Below are positions 1 through 8,153 of a stretch of DNA of 64,000 bases, piece after piece. The notes below the pieces were generated by a model. That model saw nothing but the letters and a program-made list of their open reading frames with translations, was not told the DNA's origin and ran no database searches. The translations under genes and the position numbers were made by a program. The stretch comes from a bacterium (GTDB lineage Bacteria > UBA8248). Numbering within the stretch: the stretch's first letter is position 1; each line of letters begins with the position of its first letter. The DNA lies in the NCBI GenBank assembly GCA_965199855.1, contig OZ241326.1, forward strand, positions 2,880,001 to 2,944,000. The letters are read 5' to 3'.

Positions 1-697
1 CGAAGTGGGCGCGAACGCGGTCTCTGGGGTGCACGAATCCATAGCCGTTCTTGAGCGAGAGGCTGAAGCGCGGCCCGCCGCCGTGGCTCTTCATGGTGGG
101 CAGGCTGACGACGCGCTGGCCGCGCCGCAGGAGGCGCTCGACGCAGTGCACCCATCCCCCCCAGCGAATCGCCCCCGGGACGCGCGCCCGCGCCCAGGGC
201 TCCTCGTCGAAGCGCAGGACGCGCGCGCCCGTCCGCTCCCGGAAATCGTCCATCCCCCAGCGCTCGAAGTTCCCGCGCGCGGGCAGGGAGAGAAGCCCCC
301 CCATCTCGCCCACCGCCAGCTCATCGCAGCCCGCCTCCTGCAGGAGGGCGACGACGGCGCCGAGCGCATCCGGGTGGGTGGAGGCGGGAAACGGGTCGGC
401 GGAATTGAAGTTGGGCTTGAGGAGGACGGGGGCGGGCGGGCCGATCGCGCGCCGGACGCCGCCCAGCATCCCGACCGCCAGGCGAACGGCCTCCTCGCGC
501 GTTTCGCCGCGCGCCATCGCCACCAGGCTCCTGCCTTCCCGCGCGAGGCGCGGGGGGCGCGGCGGCGGCGCTTCGGCCTCGGGGTATTCGCGCCTCGTCT
601 CCTGCAGGGCGCGGTAGGCGGCCGCCTCGTCCCTGTCCAGCGTCTTCCGGAACCTCTCCGCGCGCGCGGCGAGCGGCGCGTCCAGCTGCGCTGTCAT
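1..697 (-). CDS. DUF362 domain-containing protein (3'-partial, runs off the window start)
   Basis: Not in the ORF track because it has no stop in the window. Hand translation from ATG 697 (GGAGGGGGGGAG upstream) gives VLLKPNFNSADPFPASTHPDAL...VVSLPTMKSH...SLSLKNGYG, matching the DUF362 KPN/THP and PxxKxH...LKN motifs. Confidence 0.8.
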   Translation of the reverse strand, partial: MTAQLDAPLAARAERFRKTLDRDEAAAYRALQETRREYPEAEAPPPRPPRLAREGRSLVAMARGETREEAVRLAVGMLGGVRRAIGPPAPVLLKPNFNSADPFPASTHPDALGAVVALLQEAGCDELAVGEMGGLLSLPARGNFERWGMDDFRERTGARVLRFDEEPWARARVPGAIRWGGWVHCVERLLRRGQRVVSLPTMKSHGGGPRFSLSLKNGYGFVHPRDRVRAHF

Positions 698-1031
698 CTC
701 CCCCCCCTCCTCCGAAGCGTCCGCGACCGAATCATCCGGGAGGCATTCTACTCCGCCCGGCGATTCCGCGAAACCGCGCGCGAACGGCGCCCGGCCGATC
801 CGGATTCCGGCGCCTGCTCCCTCCCCGCCGCGCCGTTCCCGATGACGAAAGCCCCGCCTTCCCCGATCTCCCTTTCCCCGCGTCCCCCCGCGTATTAGAA
901 TCGCCCGCGCCGCGCGCCCGGAAAACGGATTCCCCGAAGCGACATCGACGCGGCGAGGCGTCCGGCCCGCGTCACCGGCCCTTCCGCCTCCGTTCCGGAA
1001 GAGGCTCTCTCAGCGAAGGAATTCTTCATTC

Positions 1032-1868
1032 ATGCTCTTCTTTCTACAGTTCCTCGCCCTGGGTCTGGGCGTCGGCCTGCTGGGCACGCTGGTGGGGGCG
1101 GGCGGCGGCTTCATCCTCACGCCCGTGCTTCTGCTGCTCTTTCCGGACCGCCCCTCCGAGATCATCGCCGCGACCTCGTTCGGCGCGATTTGCCTGAACG
1201 CCCTCTCCGGCTCGCTCGCCTACTACCGGATGAGGCGCATCGACCTGAAGACCAGCCTCAGTTTCGCCCTCGCCGGCGCGCCCTGGGTGATCGTCGGCGT
1301 CTACGCCACGAGCGAGGTCGCGCGCGGGCCGTTCGACGTTCTTCTGGGCCTCTTCCTGCTCGCGCTCTGCGTCTCCATCATCAACCCCCCGCCCCCCCTG
1401 AAGAAGTCGCGGGCGGGCGCGCGCGGACTGGGCGCGCTCGCCAGAAGGCGCATCGTGGACAGGACGGGCCGCGTCTATGAATACGCCTTCCGCTTCCGGC
1501 TCGGCGTGCTGCTCAGCTCCTTCACGGGCTTTCTGGCGAGCTTTCTCGCCATCGGGGGCGGCGCCATCCACGTCCCGGTGATGATTCGCGTCCTGCGCAT
1601 CCCCCCCCACGTCGCCACCGCCACCTCCCAGGGCGTGCTGCTCTGCACCAGCTTCCTCGCCCTGACGGTTCACTTCCTGAACGGAAACTTCCGGACGATG
1701 ACGGGCGTCGTTCTCCCCCTCGCCCTCGGCACGATAGCGGGCGCGCAGCTCGGCGCGGCGTATTCCAACAGGGTGAAGTCCGCCACCCTCGCGCGGGTGC
1801 TGGCGGCGCTCTTCAGCATCGTCTCCCTCCAGCTCCTCTACAAGGGCGCGCTCGCCTGGATGCGCTGA
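1032..1868 (+). CDS. Sulfite exporter TauE/SafE (TSUP) family membrane protein
   Basis: Two repeats of the GxGGG motif (GAGGGFILTP, AIGGGAIHVP), ATS motifs, about 8 hydrophobic helices, GAAGGA SD. Confidence 0.9.
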   Translation: MLFFLQFLALGLGVGLLGTLVGAGGGFILTPVLLLLFPDRPSEIIAATSFGAICLNALSGSLAYYRMRRIDLKTSLSFALAGAPWVIVGVYATSEVARGPFDVLLGLFLLALCVSIINPPPPLKKSRAGARGLGALARRRIVDRTGRVYEYAFRFRLGVLLSSFTGFLASFLAIGGGAIHVPVMIRVLRIPPHVATATSQGVLLCTSFLALTVHFLNGNFRTMTGVVLPLALGTIAGAQLGAAYSNRVKSATLARVLAALFSIVSLQLLYKGALAWMR

Positions 1869-1879
1869 GGCGAGGAAGA

Positions 1880-2412
1880 GGGATTGCGGAATCGGGGACG
1901 CAGGGACGCCCCCCCAAGGTTGTCCGCGCCGGGTTCATATCCCGCCAACGCGCGAAAATCCCGTATGGGTCGTTCGGGAACGACCCGCCGCCTCCGATGC
2001 GAATGTCTTTGGAATACGGGCGGTTCCCGAATTGTGGGGCGGCCCCGGGGAGGGGCCGCCCCTACGAAATCACAAACCCCGGCGTTCACCGCCGTAGGGG
2101 GCATCCCCGGCCGTCATTCCGGTGAAGGCCGGAATCCAGGGGTTAATTGTATTCCATTGAAAACGGGCGGGACGCATATATGCGTCCCCTACAAAACCAG
2201 AACCGCCCGTAGGGGGCGCATTCTTGCGCCCCGTTGCGGGCCCGGCGATAACGCGGATCAAATCGTAGGGACAACCCCCGTGGTTGTCCTTCGCGCCATA
2301 TTCCCGTCCCGCCGCCGCGCGAACATTCCGTAGGGGTCGTTCGGGAACGACCCGCCGCCTGTGGTGCGAACGCCCCTTGAATGCGGGCGGGACGCATGAA
2401 TGCGTCCCCTAC
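1880..2412. repeat. REP mosaic array I (GTAG- and CGTC-type palindromes)
   Basis: CGTCATTCCGGTGAAGGCCGGAATCCA 2112-2138; GTAGGGGGCGCATTCTTGCGCCCC 2209-2232; GTAGGGACAACCCCCGTGGTTGTCCT 2265-2290; GTAGGGGTCGTTCGGGAACGACCC 2330-2353; several inverted copies ending in CCCCTAC. Confidence 0.9.
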
Positions 2413-2478
2413 GAAAAACCCCGCCGAATGGCGCGGCGGCGCGATCCTCCCCCTCCCCCACGAAGGCGGAAGTCGCGC

Positions 2479-2508
2479 TTGCGCCTCGTTGCTCTTTTCT
2501 GGTAGACT
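2479..2508 (+). promoter_or_regulatory. Putative sigma70 promoter of autotransporter 1
   Basis: TTGCGC (2479-2484), N18, TAGACT (2503-2508), with an extended -10 TG at 2500-2501. Confidence 0.45.
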
Positions 2509-2555
2509 GGTGGTGATCATCCGTTCTTCATTGGCGGTGATCATCCGTTCTTCAT
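2508..2555 (+). repeat. 24-bp tandem duplication in the autotransporter leader
   Basis: TGGTGGTGATCATCCGTTCTTCAT / TGGCGGTGATCATCCGTTCTTCAT, one mismatch. Confidence 0.9.
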
Positions 2556-2613
2556 ATCGTGAGGAATTGACTGTCCGGGCATGGGGACGCCAACAAGGGG
2601 GAGGAAACGCGCC

Positions 2614-5600
2614 ATGAGATTTGCTGTTGATGGGATGATGCGGCATACTGACGCCGACTCACCGACTCACCGACTCACCGACTCACCGACTCACCGACTC
2701 ACCGACTCACCGACTCACCGACTCACCGACTCACCGACTCACCGACTCACCGACTCACCGACTCACCGACTCACCGACTCACCGACTCACCGACTCACCG
2801 ACTCACCGACTCACCGACTCACCGACTCACCGACTCACCGACTCACCGACTCACCGACAGGTAACCGTCGCGGCGGGGGCCGCGTCGTGAGCGCGCGGGC
2901 GCGGGTCGCCGCGCTCGCGACGGCGTTGCTGGTCTGCCTGCTTCTCGCGCCCTCTCCGGCGCGGGCGGCGGACGAGTGCGGGGCGGTGTCGAGCAGCTCG
3001 ACGACCGCCACCTGCTCGAACCAGGCCTACGGGACCGGCATCATCTACAGGGGCAAGGCGCACGCCCTGACCCTCAACGTCCCGGGCGGCTCGGCGACCG
3101 CCATCACGACCGCCACGTCCACGTCGGACTGGGCGAGCGGCATCGTCATGGACACCACCTCGGCCGGCGGCGCCATCGCGCTCACGGTGGGCGCCTCGGG
3201 CGCCGTGACGATCGCGCAGGCGAGCGGCGGCCCGTCCTCCAGCTGGAACCACAACCGGGGGATCCTCATTCGCCAGCGCTCCTCGGGGACGACGACGGTG
3301 GATCTCAGGAGCGGGGTGACCATCGGCACCTCGACCGCCCGCGTGAGGGCGGAAGGGGTCTGGGTCATTCTGCAGGACAACGACGGCGGGACGGCCTCCC
3401 TTACGAGCGCGGCCACGATCTGGTCCGCGACCCGCGGCCTTCACCTCATCCGGAACGCGAGCGCCGCGGACACCACGGCGGCCACGACCATCACGAACAG
3501 CGGCGCCGTCAACGCGACGCAGGGCGGCATCTTGCTGGACCACAGAAGGCCCTCGGCCAATACCTTCACGGCCTCCGCGACCATCACGAACACCGGCGCC
3601 GTCACGACGACCGGGACGGGCAGGTTTGGCATCGACATGAACTACGAGGGCTACGGCGCCGCCCTGATCGACAACCGGGCGGCCGTCACCGCGACCGCGA
3701 CCAACTCGGTCGGCATCCGGGTGCGGCAGCGGACCGCCGCCAGCGCGGGGACCGTCAAGATCATGAACAGCGGCGTCGTCCAGGCGCACGGCGACGCCAT
3801 CTACATCAACAACGTGGGCACGGGCGCCGCCACGATCGAGAACACCGACGCCCTCACCTCCTCGAACGGCCGGGGCATCCACCTGTGGGACGGGGGAGCC
3901 ACCGGCACGGGCGCCACGGCCACGGTGACGAACGGGGCGGACGTCACGTCCTCGGGCGACGGCATCTTCGTCCAGACGAGGGACAAGGACAACGCGGGGA
4001 CGAGCGCGGGCGTCTCCATCACCCATTCGGCCGGTACCATCACCTCCTCGGCCGGCAACGGCATCGACGCGCTGGTCGGCCGCGCCAGGTCGGAGACGGA
4101 CACGGGGCACGCCGACTACGTCGCGCCCGTGAACACGGGCCTCCTCAAGGTCAGCGTCACGGGCGGGACGATCTCCTCGAAGTGGGCCCCCATCCAGGCG
4201 ATCAACTACGAGGCGGGGGGGATCGAGATCGCGGTCTCCGAGGGCGTCACGATGACGACCACGGACGATCACGGCATCTACGCCCAGCTGACCGACCCGG
4301 GCAACGCGAGCGGGGGCGTTTCGATCGCCTCGGGCGCCGCGCTCACCGCGAAGAAGAACGGCATATCCGTCACGCGCGCGGCGGGCTCCGGCGCCGTCGC
4401 GGTCGAGAACAGCGGCGCCGTCGCGACGCAGGACGCCGCCAGCGCCTGGTCGGCCATCCGGATCGATGACTCCGGAACCGGCGGCGTCTCGGTCGAGAAC
4501 GGCGGCGCCCTGGGCGCGGCGGGCAAGAGGTTCACCTTCGGCGTCTCGGTCGAGTACACGGGCTCCGCCGGCGGGGTGACGGTGGAGAACAGCGGCGACA
4601 TCATGCCGATCAACTCCGGCGTCCACGTCCACGTCCCGACGAGCGCCGGGAACGTCTCGGTCACGAACAGCGGCGCGGTCGGCTCGGCGAGCGAGCGCGC
4701 CGAGCGCGGTCTCTCCGTCCACCAGATGGCCTCGGGGACCGCGGGCTCCGTCACGGTCGCGAACAGCGGCGCCATCGCGGCGGAGGACTACGGCATCTTC
4801 GCCCGGACGCACAACAAGGACGCCGCGGGCGCGGACGCGGACGTGACCGTCACCCACTCGGGCGGCGCCATCGACGTCAGAAACGACCGGAGCGGCATAA
4901 ATGAGGCGGGCGTGGGCGTCTCCGCCCGGATCGGCCACTACAGGTCGGAGAACGACGCGGGCGGCGACGGCTACGCCGCGCCCGTGAACGCGGGCGGCGT
5001 CAAGGTCTCCGTCACGGGCGGGTCGATCACCTCGAAGGGAAACGCCGTCGAGGCGATCAACTACGAGGCGGGATGGGCCGAGATCACGGTCTCCGAGGGC
5101 GTCGAGATCACCTCCGAGACGGGGCGCGGCCTCTGGGCCTGGCTGGCCGACGTGGGACAGAGGAGCGGGAGCGTCATCATCGAGAGCGCCGGGTCGGTCA
5201 CGGCGGAGCGCCAGGCGATCTACGCGGCGCCCAAGGCGAGCAACGGCGACGTGAGCGTCACCGTCCTGACCGGCGGCTCCGTCGTCTCCCGCGCGCGCGC
5301 CGGCGTCTGGGCGCACTACAACGTCCGCGAGAACGACAACGGCCAGGTGAACGTCACCGTCCAGGAGGGCGCGAGCGTCACCGGGAATTCGAGCGGCATT
5401 CACGTCAGGAACGCGGGCCGCGCCTCCCTGGGCAGGAACTCGGAGCGGGGCCGGGCGCTGTTCATGCGGGCGGACAAGACGGTTCGCAGGCAGCACGTCA
5501 CCGTGGCCGGCACGGTGCGGGGCGGGTCGGTGTCGGGCGTCCACATTCTGGACGGCGGAACGCTGCTGGTGGAGAAGACGGGGCGGATTCTCGCCGGCTC

Positions 5601-6954
5601 CTCGGGCGTGGCCGTCCTGGCGGACAACGACACCGACATCTACAACGTGGTTCTGGGCGCCGATCCCCAGCCGCAGGCTGAGGGCGAGGTCGGCGAGGCC
5701 GTCGTCCACGTCGAGGGCGAGGTGAAGGGCGCGGTGCATCTCGCCGGCGGCGGGTGCGTGACCATCGGCCTCAACGGCCGGGTGGAGGCGAACGGGGCGC
5801 CGCTGGCGATTCGGGGCGACGCTCCGACGACGGTCATCTTTCACGTCCTGGGCGACCTCCTGCACCGGGGCAACGCCGCGGACGCGGTCGCCCGGGTGGA
5901 GGGCGGCATCGGCGGGGACGGCGTCGACGAGATCGGCTTCGTCCTCGCCCAGACCCAGGACGGATTGCTCACCGGCCACCTTCGGGACGTGTCGCTCGAC
6001 TCCGGGGGCGCCCCGATGCTCGACGAGCTTCCGGTCCTCCGGTTCGACTGCGGGATGGCGGAGGACGCGCGGTGCGAGCTCTACGAGGCCGCGCCCTCGC
6101 TTCTGCTGGCGATGACGCGGCTGCCCTCCCACGCCGAGCGGATGTCCGCCCCTCGGGGGTCGAACGGCGTCTGGGGCCGCGTGGAGGGGGCGAAGGGCGA
6201 GTGGACGGCCGACGCGGCGGATTCGGTCGCCGAAAGCGAGAAGCTCGGCTACGACTACGACGTAGCCGGCGGACGCGCGGGTCTCGACTTCGAGGGCGCG
6301 GGCGGGCGCTTCGGCGTCTCCGTCCACATGCTTCGGGCGAAGGCGGAGCGGAAGGGGGCGGGCGAGATCGCCCTGAACGGGGTGGGTCTGGGCGCCTCGG
6401 CCTCCTGGTTCTGGGGCAACTTCTATCTCGACGTGGCCGGGCAGGCGACGGCGTTCGACGCGGACTTCGACTCGGCGATGAGCGGCTCGCTGAAGAAGGA
6501 CGCGGACGGCGTCGGCGGCGCGCTGGGGGTCGAGATCGGTCGGCGGATGTCCTTCATGGAGGGGGCCTTCGCCGTCACCCCGCGTCTGGGGATGGTCTGG
6601 TCGAGCGCGGACCTGGACGACTTCACGGACTCGGTGGGCTCCACCGCGCGGGTCTCGGTGGAGAGCGCGCGGAGCGCGCGGGCGCGGGCGGGCTTCACCC
6701 TGGAGACGGGCGCGGGCGAGGGCCGTCTGTTCCTCTCGGCGGACCTCGAGCGGGAGCTCTCCCGGGAGACGGCCGTGAAGGTCGCCGGCGACAGGCTCAA
6801 GGCGCGGGCGAACGACACGACGGCGCGGCTGGGGGCGGGCGGCGCCTTCCCGATCAGCGAGAGCGCCACGCTCACCCTCTCGGGCAGCTACGAGACCAGC
6901 GGGGGCGGAACGAAGGAATACGGCGGCGCCGCCTCCGTGAGCGTCCGCTTCTAG
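2614..6954 (+). CDS. Autotransporter (type Va) with Gly/Ser/Thr-rich beta-helical passenger; adhesin-like
   Basis: GGGGGAGG SD before ATG 2614; hydrophobic signal (VAALATALLVCLLLAPSPARA); repeated xTNSGAV/I motifs; C-terminal beta-barrel (GVWGRVEG...TPRLG...ASVSVRF with terminal Phe). Confidence 0.9.
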   Translation: MRFAVDGMMRHTDADSPTHRLTDSPTHRLTDSPTHRLTDSPTHRLTDSPTHRLTDSPTHRLTDSPTHRLTDSPTHRLTDSPTGNRRGGGRVVSARARVAALATALLVCLLLAPSPARAADECGAVSSSSTTATCSNQAYGTGIIYRGKAHALTLNVPGGSATAITTATSTSDWASGIVMDTTSAGGAIALTVGASGAVTIAQASGGPSSSWNHNRGILIRQRSSGTTTVDLRSGVTIGTSTARVRAEGVWVILQDNDGGTASLTSAATIWSATRGLHLIRNASAADTTAATTITNSGAVNATQGGILLDHRRPSANTFTASATITNTGAVTTTGTGRFGIDMNYEGYGAALIDNRAAVTATATNSVGIRVRQRTAASAGTVKIMNSGVVQAHGDAIYINNVGTGAATIENTDALTSSNGRGIHLWDGGATGTGATATVTNGADVTSSGDGIFVQTRDKDNAGTSAGVSITHSAGTITSSAGNGIDALVGRARSETDTGHADYVAPVNTGLLKVSVTGGTISSKWAPIQAINYEAGGIEIAVSEGVTMTTTDDHGIYAQLTDPGNASGGVSIASGAALTAKKNGISVTRAAGSGAVAVENSGAVATQDAASAWSAIRIDDSGTGGVSVENGGALGAAGKRFTFGVSVEYTGSAGGVTVENSGDIMPINSGVHVHVPTSAGNVSVTNSGAVGSASERAERGLSVHQMASGTAGSVTVANSGAIAAEDYGIFARTHNKDAAGADADVTVTHSGGAIDVRNDRSGINEAGVGVSARIGHYRSENDAGGDGYAAPVNAGGVKVSVTGGSITSKGNAVEAINYEAGWAEITVSEGVEITSETGRGLWAWLADVGQRSGSVIIESAGSVTAERQAIYAAPKASNGDVSVTVLTGGSVVSRARAGVWAHYNVRENDNGQVNVTVQEGASVTGNSSGIHVRNAGRASLGRNSERGRALFMRADKTVRRQHVTVAGTVRGGSVSGVHILDGGTLLVEKTGRILAGSSGVAVLADNDTDIYNVVLGADPQPQAEGEVGEAVVHVEGEVKGAVHLAGGGCVTIGLNGRVEANGAPLAIRGDAPTTVIFHVLGDLLHRGNAADAVARVEGGIGGDGVDEIGFVLAQTQDGLLTGHLRDVSLDSGGAPMLDELPVLRFDCGMAEDARCELYEAAPSLLLAMTRLPSHAERMSAPRGSNGVWGRVEGAKGEWTADAADSVAESEKLGYDYDVAGGRAGLDFEGAGGRFGVSVHMLRAKAERKGAGEIALNGVGLGASASWFWGNFYLDVAGQATAFDADFDSAMSGSLKKDADGVGGALGVEIGRRMSFMEGAFAVTPRLGMVWSSADLDDFTDSVGSTARVSVESARSARARAGFTLETGAGEGRLFLSADLERELSRETAVKVAGDRLKARANDTTARLGAGGAFPISESATLTLSGSYETSGGGTKEYGGAASVSVRF
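2654..2858 (+). repeat. Perfect octanucleotide tandem repeat (CCGACTCA)25 plus partial CCGAC
   Basis: Direct count: 25 units at 2654-2853, then CCGAC; translated as (DSPTHRLT)n in the autotransporter frame. Confidence 0.95.
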
Positions 6955-7029
6955 GGGACGCGAACGCCCGACGATTCGCGCCGGGCGCGGGGGACGACGC
7001 GATCCCCCGCGCCCGGTTTCTGTCACCGA

Positions 7030-8115
7030 ACGGCGCGGGACGCATATATGGAAACGCTCTCGCGTTTCACCTACGGCGGGGGTGGCGCGATTCGATTGTA
7101 GGGGGCGCATATATGCGCCCCGTTTCGGGGCGCCCGATTCACGCGGTGGCGATTCAATCCCGTAGGGACAACCCCCCGTGGTTGTCCTCCGCCTTGGATG
7201 AATACCCCGCCGCCACGCAACCATCCCGTAGGGGTCGTTCGGGAACGACCCGCGCCGTCAACCGAACGGACAATCGCCGGGTTGTCGGCCATAACGTCAA
7301 AAAAACGGGCGGTTCACGAACCGCCCCTGCGAAACCATGAACCCGCGCATGGATTGACCGGGAACATCCGTTGGCCGCCGCGCGCCCCGGCTCCGGATTC
7401 CGGCCTTCGCCGGAATGACGGCGAAAGGCCAACCCCGGCGTCCCTTCGATCCGACAGGGAACGACATCGAGACGGCGGCGAGGATTTCCCCTCCGCCGCG
7501 GGACGCCCCGGAATCCCGTCATTCCGGCGAAGGCCGGAATCCAGGGTTTTGGTTGCCTTCCCTTCAAAACGGGCGGTTCGCGAACCGCCCCTACGAAATC
7601 ATAAAACCCGCATCCCCCCGCCCGGTCGCCGCGCGCATTTGCCCGCATTTGCGCCTGTCGGGCCTTCCCTCGAACGCGCGAGAATCCGCCGCGAGAGGGA
7701 GGAGGCGAACGCATGGGTTTCGGAATACGAATGATGACGAAGGCGAGGGCGTGGCGCGCGCGCCATCCGCGCCATAATGAAAACGATCCCGTTTTCGACA
7801 AAATCCGACAAATTCACGGCCTTATCCCGCAAATTCGCGCCTTTTTTCGACAAATTCAAGACCCTTCGGAGCGCGGAAAAAATATCAAGTCATTGAAAAT
7901 AAAATGGTTATGGGAATCAGGGGGCGCCCGGAGGGGGTATTTCGCGCGGCCGCGGCGTTTGCGCGCATCCGCCCGCATTTTCGCCCCTTCGCTCCGCCGC
8001 CATCCCGCAGGAGTCGTTCGGGAACGCCCCGCCGCCTGTGGCGCGAACCCTTCCTGAAAACGGGCGGTTCACGAATCGCGGGGAGGCGCCGCCCCTGCGA
8101 AGGCGAAACGCGCGC
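7030..8115. repeat. REP mosaic array II including the conserved terminal block (7633-8115)
   Basis: REPs at 7162-7188, 7228-7251, 7517-7543 and others; spacers and terminal block recur inverted within 59104-61290. Confidence 0.9.
7883..7895 (+). promoter_or_regulatory. IHF consensus site
   Basis: TATCAAGTCATTG is a perfect match to WATCAANNNNTTR, with an A-tract upstream; identical copy at 59320-59332. Confidence 0.55.
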
Positions 8116-8153
8116 GCCGAGGATGGCGCCGAGCGGGGGGCTGCCCTCGAGAA

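Noticed and set aside
5-898. 297-aa plus-strand ORF (and 51..617)
   Set aside because: Antisense shadow of the DUF362 gene on the minus strand; Arg/Pro-rich with no motifs.
1884-2646. Short ORFs over the REP arrays (also 7071-7800 and 59400-61500; RRGGSRTAP, VGAVREPP and WIPAFAGMT peptides)
   Set aside because: These are translations of REP palindromes, not genes.
2654-2858. Octamer tract as a CRISPR array or telomere-like repeat
   Set aside because: No spacers, 8-bp unit, and located inside a CDS.
2851-7224. 1457-aa minus-strand ORF, and similar long antisense ORFs (28203..30755, 32554..36102, 36123..39095, 19820..21814)
   Set aside because: Expected stop-free mirror frames of high-GC3 genes; the opposite strand carries recognisable proteins.
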